From: Adineta vaga
Taxonomy: Eukaryota; Animalia; Rotifera
Reading direction: 5' to 3'
Length of the DNA: 64,000 bases
Assembly: GCA_021613535.1 (NCBI GenBank)
Contig: CP075495.1
Location: 14,570,001-14,634,000, forward strand
In this document: positions 12,475-26,173 of the stretch, one piece after another
Layout: each line of letters opens with the position of its first letter
Position numbering within the stretch: the first letter of the stretch is position 1
Translations under genes and position numbers: made by a program
The notes under the pieces: model-generated
Told to the model about the DNA's origin: nothing
Database searches by the model: none
Seen by the model: the letters and a program-made list of their open reading frames with translations, nothing else

Positions 12475-13062
12475 ATCTGAAAGAAAAAGAAAGAAAACAG
12501 CTTTATTTTTCAAGTCAATCATTATTACTAATTACAAGATGAACTCCTAACTTTAAGTTCGATCGTTCAATCGATTCAGTAGCAAAATGATCTAACAATT
12601 TAAGGCGTTTATCGTCTTTTCTCCTGCAACTCAAGCAAATGTTTTCATAACTTTTCATTATAAAGATAAAATATATGTATATTAACATCGAATAGTTATT
12701 TTTTTCTTTAATATGAAATCTACGACAAAAAAAATACAAATGAGATTTGAAAATAAATTTTATGAATACTGAGGGGAGATTAATAGTTATTAGTCAAACA
12801 TAAACAAAAGAAAAAAACAAACTGTTGCGTACATAAATAGCTTTTATCATTGCTCAATAGTATAGATACGGAAAGAAAAGCAAAGCAAAACCTAATCGTT
12901 TTTCATAAGTCCGTCTAAAGAAATATATATATAATAAACTCAATTCTCTTAGTTTTATAATAAAAGAGATAAAATGTTCGAAAAAATTTTTTTACAAAAA
13001 ATACGAAGAAGAATTAGAGAAAACTTATTAATTATCAGGTTATTTTGTTCAAAGTTTGCTTC

Positions 13063-13495
13063 TCAATCATCATCATCGTCATCATCATCATCACTGTATA
13101 CAAATAAATCCATTTTTTCCAAACCTAATGCAGCATATTTGCTTACACATGAACCAATGTAAAGAAATGGAATGGCAATCAATAAAACTTTTACAATACC
13201 AAGTGGATATCGTTTAGGCATCTAAATAAAGGAGAGAAAAAACGAAGAAATGAGATCTATAGTGCTTTTGTGAAAATAAACGAACTGGTCGAATGGCACC
13301 GGATTCTGTATAAACACCTTTTGATATGTATGGTTCAAGTCGAATATCATCTTGTTGACTTCTTTTTCGACGATCTTCAATAAAACGAACAAGAAATGAT
13401 CGTGCGGTAGCTGCTTCTTGAGTCGTAGTAGAACCAGAAACGTATCGACGAATCATAGGAACAGTTATTGTACTACATAATTTTTTACTTGCCAT
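13063..13495 (-). CDS. SMDT1: Essential MCU regulator, mitochondrial (EMRE)
   Basis: Two exons give TESGAIRP/MPKRYPLGIVKVLLIAIPFLYIGSCVSKYAALGLEKMDLFVYSDDDDDDDD-stop: EMRE TM motif plus acidic tail. Confidence 0.92.
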
Positions 13496-14272
13496 AGAAG
13501 TGAAATTTAAATGCATAAGACACAATAAATGTGTTATAAAACTACAACTATCCTGTTTATGACTTGAAATCGAGTCGAGTGTTGTTATTCATAATAGTGA
13601 ATGATGTATTCATTTGCATTGATTGTACGAAGAGATTTCCAATCAATATAAACAATAAAGATGTCGCTCTTCTATGAATAAATTACTATTTATATTGGTG
13701 ATAAGCGCTGTGTCACTTTTGGACCTTCAAGAAAAAATCGAATAGACTGATATCAAAGAAAGAACTTTACTTATACTGAATATGAATATGATGGCTATAG
13801 AGAATTTTTGATTTCGACTATTTCCGTTTTATAATAAATCGTTTCAATTCTACAACGAGACATGGCCTAATACATCTTTATGTTCAATACTTCTCTTCTT
13901 TATCAATATCTTTGCTCGACATTTTTCTTTCGGATATTAGTTCATTTTCAATCGTACGCATAGAACATTCAAACAGCATAAACAATGAACATGCTCTTTC
14001 ATATTTTTCTATGAAACGGATAAACTTGTCAATAGAGAGCATTCGAATAATTATGGACATTTATTTTATTAAACGAAGAGAAATCAAAGTCCCTTGTTTT
14101 TATTTTTATTTATTATTATTTGAGAAAGTTTTCCTTTCTCATCATATATAAAATTCGAAACGACGAACAATAACAGAAAGAGAGATAGTGTTTGTTATAT
14201 CGAATCGAATCTATATATAAACGATCACTTCAGTCTGATCTAGTCAAAATAAATTCAAGATAAAGAAAGAAA

Positions 14273-15624
14273 ATGACTACATTACCAATGGACCTTCCAA
14301 CACTTCGAAATCATTATACTTATTTTAAAATAAATAATAAACAAATTCCATCTCTTTATCGGTTTGTTCATTCAAATATTTTTTCATTGTAGGTTATACA
14401 TTTCAATCTTTATTTATAGATTAAAATCCGGAATTTATTATCCATATGTTGCTTTTGAACTTATTACTGATGAACTGAATGATTTTTGTTCAACATGGAC
14501 TTCATCAAAAAAATTACCTTTGTTACCAATGACAATCAATGAAAGATTAATCTATAAAAATTTCTATCCAAAACGAGAATTTACATCATCATCAACAATT
14601 ATTTTATGCTCATTTATCGATCAATTTCTTCAATTAATTGACTATTTAAAAAATACTCAACTTTCTACCAAAGAGAATCAATATAAAGAAAAACATTTTG
14701 GTCGTTTTTCAATTGATACTGAACATGGATCAATACGAGAGATTGATATACTCAATTCAGAAATAACAACAAAGTCTGTACACAATTCATTTCCCTAAAT
14801 TCATTATAGAACACCTTGTATCTATTTTAGATATAATAGGCTTCGTTCAACAGCATTTCCTTCATTACAAAATGTTAAACGTCAACTTTGTTTTGATGAT
14901 GAAAAAGTAATTTTACAAAAGCATTTGTTAATACACTAAATTTGAATATTTTCAGAGTGATCTTTCTTCCATTGGTGGATATCTTCAATTAAATCAATGC
15001 ATATATCCTTATATCATTTCTTCAACTGATATTCTTTTAAATTTAAATGATCTTCGTAAACCATTTCATTCTACGTTAAATCATTTGATGCCATATTTTC
15101 AAAATCAATCATCAGATTTAATCAATAATTATATCAAAATTGTTCAATATGGTATTCATTACATCAAAAAATATAAGTATTATTATAAAAATGTTGATGA
15201 AAAATTCATTTCACTTTATCATTTACTTTTATCTCATCGATCAATTTTCTTTGTTCAATTATTTAATTCCAAAACAATTTTATCAAAACATTTACATGAA
15301 TACTATCGAACAGATTTTTCAAATTTATTAACAAAAAATATTTCGAATTGTGGATATTTTAATACACAACCAAGTATCAATGGATGGACATTATATAATT
15401 CTACAATAGATAACCAAATTCGTTCTCGTTTAGCTACACAAGATGAAATACTTTTAATCAATTGGCTTTGTATTTATGATAACAAATGTTTAAATGTACA
15501 TAATCAATCTCATGAACTTATTCTTGTTAAACACCCACTCTCGACAATTGAAGATAAGATGAAACTGATTGAAAATGAACATATCAAAAAACGTTCTATA
15601 TTAATGAATCATAATATGATATAA
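14273..15624 (+). CDS. Uncharacterised multi-exon protein (gene X)
   Basis: ATG at 14273, GT-AG introns join ORFs 14364-14798 and 15085-15624; decayed copies at 8521 and 18262. Confidence 0.7.
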
Positions 15625-15811
15625 CCACAGTTTTCTCCTTCAGTGTTTTTATTTATCTATCTGTTTGTCTGTCAGTATCTTTTTTGTTGTTGTTAATCTG
15701 AATTGAAATGTGCTTAGATGTGTGATGAATATTTATATAAATTAATAGAGAAAAAAACATTTCATAGATTTTTATTAAAGAATTGATGTAAATATGTTAT
15801 AACGATAATCA

Positions 15812-15872
15812 TTACATGCATCGTCGAGTACCAAGTAAGACAGCACAATTTTGAGAATAATGTTTCGTATCC
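15812..15872 (-). pseudogene. LITAF last-exon relic
   Basis: Matches 19213-19272 but CPNC reads SQNC and upstream exons are absent. Confidence 0.7.
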
Positions 15873-16769
15873 GATGGAAAATGAACCGGCTTTTCATCTA
15901 ATATGAAACAAAAACAAGTTTAAATGATAAGAAACGATAATCTGAAAGTTAATATGTTTAATTGGACATGCTTTTATTTCATTGAATGGTTTTCTGCAGT
16001 GGAACGATTCAAACAACAAAAGACTTTCTTTGCGATGATGTTCAATATAAAACATGCTAGTCGATTAATGAAAGAAGTCAATTAGTAAGAAAAAGTGCAT
16101 ACACAGCTCCACGTCTTTTTCCCTACATATGAAAGTAAAACATTAGATCGAAAGATTTCAGAGTGTAAACACTGATGTCCTTGGTCGTTACTGGAAAAAG
16201 ATAGCAAATCATCCCTTTTCATTTCTTTCTTGAATTGGTGGCTAAGACAAAGTACAATCCATTTCGTTCGCATGTATAGGCTCTCGAAGCAATGGGTACA
16301 TTCCTTCCTTTTCTACATCCATCATGCTTCTGCATATATATATATATACACTTTCGTATCACTCATTTCCTTCGAATTCATCTTTTTACAAAATAACGAA
16401 AGACTTCTAATTGGAATACTGCTTCCATATTTCAGTGATTTCCGGTGTTTTTCTGCCGAAAACGGCTCATATTGTTTGACATGGGTCAATATCAACGTCT
16501 TTTCTCTTCCGATCTATAAAGTTAAATCTACTTAGACTGTTATCGTTATCGATAGCTGTGAAACCAAAGGAAAAAATTCTGAAGGATTTGGAATTTATTC
16601 TTGAAGGGAAAAATGGGACAAGATATGCCCAAAGTTATTCAAAGTAGAGGTTTTAATGGATGGAAAGTTATGTCGACAATTGGCATTCTTCTATGGTGGT
16701 AATGTCTATTATAATAGTCCAGATCCGGCGGAACCACAGTTTTTCTCATCGATGTGTGTAACACTATCT

Positions 16770-17125
16770 TCTTCTTTTCTATTGCTATTGTTAATTGGAA
16801 GATGCTTAGATGTATGATGGATATTTATGTAAATTAATGAAGAAAAAAACTTGGAACATTTGTTCCAAAATGGAATAAAGCAACAACCTAATCAACTATC
16901 CAAGTGAAAGCATTTCATCACAAACTAACCATGATACTAAATCTGTTCGTTTTTCTAATCGTGTTGCAATGGTTTAATGGCGATAAGGACATATACCTTG
17001 AGTTGGTAGACTACCATAGAATAATGATTGTGTTGTTATAAGCATATGATTAGCAACAGGTGGTCCTTGGGGTAAATATGAGCGAGTAGTTGGTGGAACT
17101 GTAATAACTGATGGACATAGGCCAG
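16770..17125 (-). pseudogene. LITAF pseudogene
   Basis: Colinear with about 19080-19620 (HMLITTQSL..G.LP); has a stop, indels and deletions. Confidence 0.8.
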
Positions 17126-17715
17126 GGGAGGTAGTATCGTCAAGGGTGTTGGTGAGAGTGTCAGCAGACATATGATGCGTTATAAAAATTTTCCGGAAAC
17201 TGTATTATTTTAGATATAAAACGAATTTCCTGAAATCGAAAACTATTCTCCAAACAATGTTAACAGTCAAACCATTCATCGTGAGTCTAGTTGCTTTAAC
17301 TGCAAATCGACATGTTTCCATTATGTTCATTATGTCCATTATCACAGTCATAAGTAAAGTTCTGCACATCCTGTTCGCCAGCTATGACAAAATCGAGTTT
17401 CTCGGAAAGCGTTACAATGCATCAAATCTTGGCGGGATATTAGCATATCATCAGAGAGTGATGCTCTGTCTACGAAAGGTGAACAGGTGAATAGTTGAAT
17501 TCAACTTTCGAGTATTACACTACTGCGATTTGAAGAAAATGGTTATTCAATTGAAAGTAACTACAGGGTAGGGTTAGGCTACAGAAAATGCTTACTCTGC
17601 ACCATAGAGATGCAAGACTTCTCTGAATTCGTATTTTGTAGTGAGTTTAAAGATGTTGTGCACTATTACGAGATTTTCGAACAAATTGTGATATAGCCTG
17701 TTCCAAGTATTTGAC

Positions 17716-18042
17716 ATGTCATTGGTGTTCAAAGAAAAAACTGTTCTCGATTTGCAAGTAGTTTTGAAGGTAAAGAATTCCGACATCCAACGATTGAACG
17801 TCGACAATGAGGAATTACGTAAACATGTCACGGAATTGAATAATAATATCAATGGCCTCAAGAAGGAAAATTACGATTTACGTAAAGGTATTGCTCAATT
17901 AAATGGAAAAATAGATGATATGACAAACCTTATTAAAAGTCAAAATTCGAAGCAATCGCCACGTATATGGATAGTTGGTGTTCCAATGGTGATTCTACCA
18001 ATAATGGCTTATTGTTGGTGCAACAAAAACTTGAAAAAATAG
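17716..18042 (+). CDS. Orphan coiled-coil protein with C-terminal hydrophobic anchor and basic tail (108 aa)
   Basis: Heptad-rich ORF ending IWIVGVPMVILPIMAYCWCNKNLKK; likely paralog of 7369-7677. Confidence 0.6.
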   Translation: MSLVFKEKTVLDLQVVLKVKNSDIQRLNVDNEELRKHVTELNNNINGLKKENYDLRKGIAQLNGKIDDMTNLIKSQNSKQSPRIWIVGVPMVILPIMAYCWCNKNLKK

Positions 18043-18261
18043 ATGGACCTATGAACTCGTTCAAATTGTATTCATTTTTCTTGTTTCTTATGTATCTCCG
18101 TAGTTTATGTTCAATATTCAATAAATAAATGAATTCTATCAGTAAAATCACGGAATTACTAGAAAAAATATAACTCTCATGTTTTTGTGAATACAAGTTG
18201 TTTCAGGTTCTACGACACTCTTGAACTGAATGTTTCGGAATAATAATATTTCACCATTTTA

Positions 18262-19045
18262 ATCTGATTTAGTCAAAACAATTTTCACACAAAGAAAGAT
18301 AATAACCTCAACACCATATGGTCTTCCAACTATTCGAAATCATTACATAGATTTCACTATCAATATATCAAACAAATTCCAGCGATTTATCGGTATGTTC
18401 TTCTAGCTTTCTTTCGTTAAAATCGATCAATTTGTATTTATAGATTGAAATGTGGTATTTATTATCCATATATTGCTTTTGAACTTATTACTGATGAACT
18501 AAATGATTTTTATTCAACTTGGATTTCATCGAAAAAGTTACCTTTATTACCAATGACAATCAATGAGAGATTAATCTATAGAAATATTTTCATCACCATC
18601 ATATCGACAATTGTTCTGTGTTCATTCATCGATCAATTTCGTCAACTAATCGATTTTTTACAAGATTCTCAATCATCGAACAAAGAAAATCAAAACAGAC
18701 AAAAATATTTTGCTCGTTTTTCAATTGGTGTCAAACATGAATCAATACGAGATATTAACATACTAAATTCTGAAGTAAGAACAAAGTACAAACATAATCC
18801 ATTTCTTTTCCTTACACAAAAATGTCTTTTGTCCTGTTTCAAATACAATCTTCTTCGTTCAACAGCATTTCCTTCATTAATTAATTGGCTTTATATTTAT
18901 GATAACAAATGTTTAAATGTGCATAATCAATCTCATGAACGTAACGTATCCCTGTTAAACACCCACTCTTAAGAATTGAAGATAAGATGAAAAAGAACAT
19001 ATAAAAAAACGTTCTATATTAATGAATCATAATATGATATAATCA
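18262..19045 (+). pseudogene. Pseudogene copy of gene X (14273-15624)
   Basis: Start ATG lost; deletion joins RSTAFPSL directly to INWL; frameshift near 18945. Confidence 0.8.
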
Positions 19046-19212
19046 CAGTTTTTCCTGTTCGTCTCTGTAATACTGTCTTCTTGTTTTGTTGTTATTGTTA
19101 ATTGGAATATGATTAGATGTACGATGGATATTTATATAAACTGATAAAGACAAAAAATTCACAATAATCGTTTCAAAAAAGCTTTTGTAGATATTTTCTG
19201 TGAAAATATTTA

Positions 19213-19840
19213 TTACATGCGTCGTCGAGTGCCAAGTAAGACAGCACAATTCGGACAATAATGTTCAGTGTCCTAAAAGAAGAAGAGATGAGATTATTTT
19301 CTATTATTATTTTGAAATTGAATTACTTTAAGACTATCAACGCAAAATGGAATAAGGCAACAACCTAACCAACCACCAAATAAGAGAATTCCACCACAAG
19401 CCAACCACGATACTAAACCCGTTTGTTTTTCAATTCGTGTTGCAATTGTTTGATGACAATGAGGACAAATACATTGAATTGGCAAATCACCATAGATTAA
19501 CGATTGTGTTGTAATGAGCATATGAGTACCTACTGGTGGTCCTTGATGTTGAGGAATCATACCTGATGATTGATATAATACACCAGTTGGTTGCATCGTA
19601 TGAACCGAAGGATATAGACCATGAGGAGGTGGACCTATTGGTGTAGGTGAATACATTCCAATAGGTTGTTGTTGAGGTGGTTGCATTCCATATATAGTGG
19701 CGATAGGTGGATCTTGTGGATAGTTAGTTGCTTGTTCTAGAAATAAATTGAAGAAAACTCAATTTGAAATAGAATATTTTCTTACCATAAGTTGGTGGAA
19801 AATTATTTGGTTTTTCATCCCTTGGATAAACAGTCGTCAT
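19213..19840 (-). CDS. LITAF-domain protein 1 (3 exons)
   Basis: PPTY; CPHC, hydrophobic stretch, CCLIPFC, DTEHYCPNC. Confidence 0.92.
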
Positions 19841-20277
19841 TTTTGCTTCTTCTATTCTGTGTCTGATGATAGAGATTGCTTTTGAAGAATAGTAAAACTC
19901 TTCAAAATTTTGTCGTTTCCTTACTATGGATACTAGTTTTTTCCATGATGTCACTCGTCTTCTTTGCGTTCGAGGAAGAAAAAATGAAAATTTTTTTGTT
20001 TCTTTTCTCGTCGTTCTATTCTTCAACGTTTTTCTTAAGTCAATAGTTTCACATGAGAAACATGACGCCATTGAACAGAAAAAAAGGAGAAGAAAATTGT
20101 CATTGAAACTTTTTTATTATTGGTTCAATAATACAAGCAAGATTTTTGAAATAGTTAAACCATTCAACCGAATAATACGTTAGACAGAAAAAAAGATCGA
20201 TCTGTTTATCTTTATTGAATATGATTAAAATAGCGAAGATTAGTAGATTTATCTTAATATAGTAATATCTGGTATTC

Positions 20278-20758
20278 TTATAATTTTTTGTTTGCACCTA
20301 ATAATGCACTACAATTTGGACAATAATGTTCCGTATCCTTAAAAAAAAAGAGAATTATCGAATAGAAAAATTTTTTCATTAAAAGAGATATACTTACTTT
20401 ACAACTATCAACACAAAATGGTATGAAACAACAAATCCAAAGACCAAAGATGAAGAAACCACCACAAATAAGCCAAGCTAAGAGACCATTTTTCTTTTCT
20501 GTACGTGTGACAATTTGTCGTCCACAATGAGGACATGTACATTGCATGGGATAATCACCCATAATTGTAATAGGAGCTCCTACATATACTTGTTGTACCA
20601 CGGGAACAGGCTGAAATGCTACAGGTGGTGGTGGTGGTGCTTGCGGATAATTCATTGGCTTTTCATTTGCTATAGCACGAAAAGTCAATCAAAATAAAAA
20701 TCAATTTTAACGGAGAATTTTACTTGCCATAAGGTGGTGGTGGCGGTGCTGAACTCAT
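20278..20758 (-). CDS. LITAF-domain protein 2 (3 exons)
   Basis: MSSAPPPPY; CPHC, CCFIPFCVDSCK, DTEHYCPNC. Confidence 0.92.
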
Positions 20759-21216
20759 GTTTTCTCTGTGTATTCTTGTTTGAGTGTTTTTAAGAAAGTA
20801 AAAAATATGGAACAAAAAGAAAAAAACCGTTCATTTATATGAGAAAAATAGATGACGACGATGATGAATGTGCACCAAAATTAATGTAGCAACGGCAAAC
20901 AAACGTATTTTTGTTAGAATTTATCCTTTGGCACATATTATATGTAAAAGAACGAGTAAAATAACTTGAGAAACGAGTTCATTACTATGGTTTATTGATA
21001 TAACACAGAAAATATTGTTTATAGGCCATGGAAACCTTTAAAAAGCAACTTATTGACTTACAGCATATGTTCACAGATCTTAGTATAGTTAGTTGTTTAA
21101 AAGAATCAAAGTTTTAATATTCAATATTATCATATTTATTAAAGATTATCAAGAACAAATCGGTATATATGAATGAATTACAATTAAGTTAGTCTCTTTT
21201 AGAAACTTATTTTGAT

Positions 21217-21679
21217 TTAAAAAACATTACGTCGACCTATAAGATTTTGACATGCAGGACATGTATGTATAGTATCTTGACAACCTGGAACACAAAATGG
21301 AATCAAACAACAACCAAAAATACCACCGAAAAGACAAATAAGTAATGCAATAAGCCAAGTACCACCACCATTTTCATATTGTACGACGGTAACAATCTGT
21401 TGTTGACACCTTGGACATTGTATAGCCACTGGATTACGACCAATAAATGCTGAACCTATGACTGGTTGAAGAAAAGTCGTCTGAGTATACACTGGTATCG
21501 ATGGTGGTGGTGCAGCTAAAAATCATAAGTTACAATTTGTTCCCTGTTATTTCGTCAATCTTACCATAATATCCAAGTTGAGGAGGCGGAGCAACTTGTT
21601 GTTGATACGGTATATTATCTTTGAGTTCATCATGAATTGTATATGGTGGTGGAACTGGTGTATCTGTCGTACTTGCCAT
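21217..21679 (-). CDS. LITAF-domain protein 3 (2 exons)
   Basis: PPPY; CPRC, CCLIPFC, HTCPAC. Confidence 0.92.
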
Positions 21680-21853
21680 GTTAGTAATACTTTCAACTGC
21701 TACTTGTTTTTATTGTATTTAAAAATAACACCTACTCAGAATGTTCTATCTATTTTATTAGTAATAGAATCGTTTTTATCGCCATCATGTTTTTTTTTAT
21801 TCTTATCTATGAGAGAAGAAAAAAAAACAAATTTACTCATGTCTTTTTTTTCG

Positions 21854-22369
21854 TCATAAAATTGCTTTTTTGCCAAGAATCTGATGACATCTCGGACAAA
21901 TATGAATTTTATTCTTCCATTCGGATATGCAAAATGGAATCAGACAACATCCAAAAACACCACTAAAGTATACATATATGCATACATTGATTCATAAATT
22001 AATTCTACCCAAATAAAGCGATTAAAATACACAATAAATAGATCAGTGCACCATTCTCTTCTTCAATAACAGTTGTTATTGCGTTTCGACTAGATTTTCA
22101 AATTGATATATTCGTTTGCCAATAGAATCGAATAAATTCTCACCAATAAGGACAATTCATAGCTATGGAACGATTACCGAATCTAATTCCAACTGCTGTA
22201 ACGACAGGTATTTGTTGAACATATGCTATAAAGATTCATACATACAATATATCATAATCATTTAAAATCAAATCATTATACGAGCACTAGAATGATGAAT
22301 GCTCTCGTGACTAGGTGCTAACACCTGTGGATAAGATGGTGGTTTGTCTGGATAATACGCCGTATTCAT
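21854..22369 (-). CDS. LITAF-domain protein 4 (4 exons, absent from the ORF track)
   Basis: Splicing three GT-AG introns gives MNTAYYPDKPPSY...NCPYCRNAITT...GCCLIPFCISEWKNKIHICPRCHQILGKKAIL-stop. Confidence 0.85.
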
Positions 22370-22782
22370 TGACGTTTGTTTGAGAGTGTAAAAGAGAAAA
22401 AGATTTTCAAATTGATTGATTTAAGCGCTTGAAAATATCTTTCTAATCATTGTAAACAATATTTGATTGATCGAATTTTCTTTAATTATAACTAAAAACA
22501 AACTGATCATTTACTCTTACAGATTATATAAAGACAAGGAAAGAAATAACAAAATTTTCAATTGATACAAAATAAATATTATAGGTTTTTTTTTGTTCTT
22601 CAGTTTCAGTGATTATCGTCATGTTATTTATCACTATGTTTCATGACAAACATTTTGAAGGAGGGTATCTTAGCAGTCGATAAAGAAGAAAAAATGTCAA
22701 TATCGTTTACCTATATAAGTTTTAATCTATCTTTCTTTTCTTCTATAATCCAGAAGAAAGTTTCGTTTTGAATTCTGATAAA

Positions 22783-23610
22783 ATGTATTCACAACAAAAT
22801 TATCAAGTTCCCATAGCAGCACCGATTGTACGAGCAAAATATCAAACAGTAAATGATTTTATACCAAACTTTATTCCTGGTTTATTAGGTGCTGGTCAAT
22901 TAGTTCTTTGGATAGCAATCGTTGCTCTTGAAATAGTAAGTGTATATTATGATGCTGGACGAGGTACTATTTATGCAGGATTTTGGTGTTCAATGGTATT
23001 TTTTGTAACATGGATTGCTATGTTTTGTTATTGTAAGTTTGATTTGAATAATATTGCTACGAATATTCCTCTTAAATTAATTCTAGTATGTTGTAATAAA
23101 TCAAGTGGATGTGGAATTTATTTAATCATTCAAAATATACTTAGTCTGATTTTTGCAATCATACTTGTAATATTTGCTGCACGTTTTGTTCAGAATCCTT
23201 GTTTATGTTATAGTGCTTTATGCTACGTTCCAAATTGGGATTTTATTGATGATCCTAGTTTGATCTCCAATTATTACGTGTATCCATGTACAACGAGAAC
23301 GTATAAAAAACTTCCTGTATTAAAGGCACTTCTTGCATGCGCAGTTTTAATGCTTATTTCTCACCTTATTTTTATTATTGTTTACATAATTGCTTCAATA
23401 CGATTTCATAAAAAACAAAAATCAAACCCACAACAATTTAATGTTGGATATCAACAACAAACAGCGACTGTGCAAATGGGACAACAACCAATATATCATC
23501 CATCACCTATGCCTTATTCTCCTTATGCACAACAACAATCGTACCCAATTCAGTACGAACCAACGGTATCAGCACCACCAGGTTATCCTGTACAATCAAA
23601 CAAATTTTAA
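22783..23610 (+). CDS. Four-TM membrane protein, MS4A/CD20-like, with Gln/Pro/Tyr-rich tail
   Basis: Four hydrophobic segments, GTIYAGFWCS motif, Cys-rich loop, C-terminal SAPPGY; probable intron about 23033-23087. Confidence 0.65.
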   Translation: MYSQQNYQVPIAAPIVRAKYQTVNDFIPNFIPGLLGAGQLVLWIAIVALEIVSVYYDAGRGTIYAGFWCSMVFFVTWIAMFCYCKFDLNNIATNIPLKLILVCCNKSSGCGIYLIIQNILSLIFAIILVIFAARFVQNPCLCYSALCYVPNWDFIDDPSLISNYYVYPCTTRTYKKLPVLKALLACAVLMLISHLIFIIVYIIASIRFHKKQKSNPQQFNVGYQQQTATVQMGQQPIYHPSPMPYSPYAQQQSYPIQYEPTVSAPPGYPVQSNKF

Positions 23611-23649
23611 AATATTAAATACAAATGTATTGTTAATCATGCTGTTACG

Positions 23650-23680
23650 AAATAAATAAATAAATAAATAAATAAATAAA
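23650..23680. repeat. (AAAT)n microsatellite in the 3' UTR
   Basis: Read directly. Confidence 0.9.
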
Positions 23681-24766
23681 AGTGCAAATCTTAATACTTG
23701 TTTAATACCTGAAACATAATTAGAAACGAGTTTTTCTGTTTTTCTTTAAGTATCATCAATTTTGAAGTAATTATTTCATATCGTATTAGTTTTTGTAACT
23801 GAATGAGTATTCTATTATGGATTGCAATTTGCCATAATATTCTAATTGTATTCTTAGAAGATAAATCAAATGAAATACTTTGACATTTATATTTTCAAAG
23901 GCATTCATATTCAGATTTTTTTGTTGTTGAGTATTTCGAACTTCTCAATCTTTAAGACAATAGAGATGTTCGATATTTCTCTGTATGAATTATTTCTTTT
24001 TAACATTCAACAATTGTTTTCTTATTGACTACTTGAAATAAAATTATTTTGTTTCAATTCTGTTCACTCAATAAGTCTTAGACTGTTATTTTCTTTTCTA
24101 CAATGTTCGTTGATTTTACATATATTGACATTGATAAAAGTTATTTTATCTTTAATCCATTCATTCAATTTCATCATCGTTCGGAATTATTTTCATATCT
24201 ATATTCAAATCATGTGTAATTCTCAATTAGCATTTGTATTTAATATTATACCAGTTAATCGATATTTTATCACATGAAAATGTTTTTTAAAAACCAAAAC
24301 AATGGTTGATATTATATCGTATATGTCAATGGATGATTGAATTTCTGACTACATTACCAATGGTTTCAAGAGATCAGAAAAGAATGCTATTGTTTATATC
24401 TATAGAACGTAATCAATCACGATGGATCTCCATATATCGTGTGATGATCATTATTATCAGTCTCGTTCATTTCATTTGTAATCAATGCGATTATTTTTAT
24501 ATTTGTTCGTTCGTTATCTCGTCATATTCAATGTATCTGTCAAAATGAGCAAAGTAATATTGAAAAGCTGACGTCAACAATTGAGTCATCAAGATTTACG
24601 TCTTTTACGATCTATGATTTATACATTTTACTTTGGAAGAAAAATGCCAAAGAAACCTTCGTTTTCTTCCTTTTTCTTGTTCAATATTGCTGACTGTAAG
24701 ACTGAAATGATTTGATAGTACATACTTTATTCATCAAAGAGGGACATCGAACTAATCTTCTTCTAG

Positions 24767-24961
24767 TTGAAGATCTTCAATGTATTATGGAGAAGAACTT
24801 TACCAGAAAATCATCTAACAATTGCAGTAACACATTTTAATATACCAACAACATATACAGGTTTAGGAAGATTTGAAGAAGCGATTGCATCAACAGAAAG
24901 ATCAATTATTAAAAACACATTACCATCGAATCATTTGGAAGTTGTAGATTATAAGAATTAA
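24767..24961 (+). pseudogene. TPR-repeat relic (kinesin-light-chain type)
   Basis: RTLPENHLTIAVTHFNI...YTGLGRFEEAI; isolated fragment. Confidence 0.6.
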
Positions 24962-26173
24962 ACGAAAACAAATGCTCAGAGAACTTTTTAATACAAATTC
25001 AACTGATAAATCGACAGTTTCTTGCTTTCTACGTTTTGTTTTTCTTCTGTTTTTATTATTATGTGATAAACTAGATTGAATTTTTTCATTCAAAATTTAG
25101 CTTAGAGAAATTAAATGAAACTTCATGATTTGTTACGAAGAAGATTTGTAAATATTTACACAATACTTAAATATGTATATGTTGATATGTAAAATCAATC
25201 CTCTCGTATAAAGTTCACAAAAATTCTGTTGTATTCTGTACAAAATAATTTCTATCATTGATGTTATTCTTGCTGTTGCAAGTGAAGCAAGTTTATTTAC
25301 TATTATTATTAATCTATTTCGATACAATGAAAAATTATGGATTTATATTAAGAGAAAATTTGTTTGAATGACGGAAATATTATCATATCTATGAGGACTA
25401 TCTTGTCCTATCTTTATTTTTAAATAAATTAAATATATATATCATTAAATGAACATAGCAGACTAATTGTCAAATGATAGAAGTATGAGATGTCTACTGC
25501 AAAGTTGATAATTCATAGAAAAGGTACACATTGCTTTAATATATCGTCTGTTTTCTGCAGACATCTATTGAGCAACATAGACACATGTTCCTTGGTCGGA
25601 GATCTTATGCTGCAAGAGGAAAAACGTGACACCAATTGATGAATTTTGTGCTATTCTATATTAAGTATTGCGTTTGACATTGCAATAACTGTAAGAATTC
25701 ATAGAGAAATGAAAAGAAAAACAAAAATCTGCATTAATTTTGCTTTACATAGCATTGTGCGTAGCTATACTAGTCTGTCTTGACGAATCCTGTTCTTAAC
25801 AATATTTCATTCACCAATAAATTATATCCATTTTCTGGTAGCAAATGAATCATCTAATCTAATATTGGTATCTATATTAAATTTGGCGTAGATTTTTTAT
25901 TTCTACGTTGATAGCAATTATTATTTTCATAACAATATGCTTTACTCTCGAGAAACGATATTTATAATGTGTCGGTTCGACAATTATTAAGAACGAAAAC
26001 AAAATATTTCTCCTTTCGGATCGAATACTACGTCTTTTTCTTTCTTCATTGACGGGAAGCATTCGCAAATCATAATAATATGGATATATAATACCTGTCA
26101 ATATGTGTTTATTTTCATCGAATGAAAAATCTAGTTCAACAGAAAGTATTTCTTATTAGTATTTCAGATTAAA

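Noticed and set aside
21854-22369. LITAF copy 4 as a pseudogene
   Set aside because: The apparent stops lie in GT-AG introns and the spliced frame is intact
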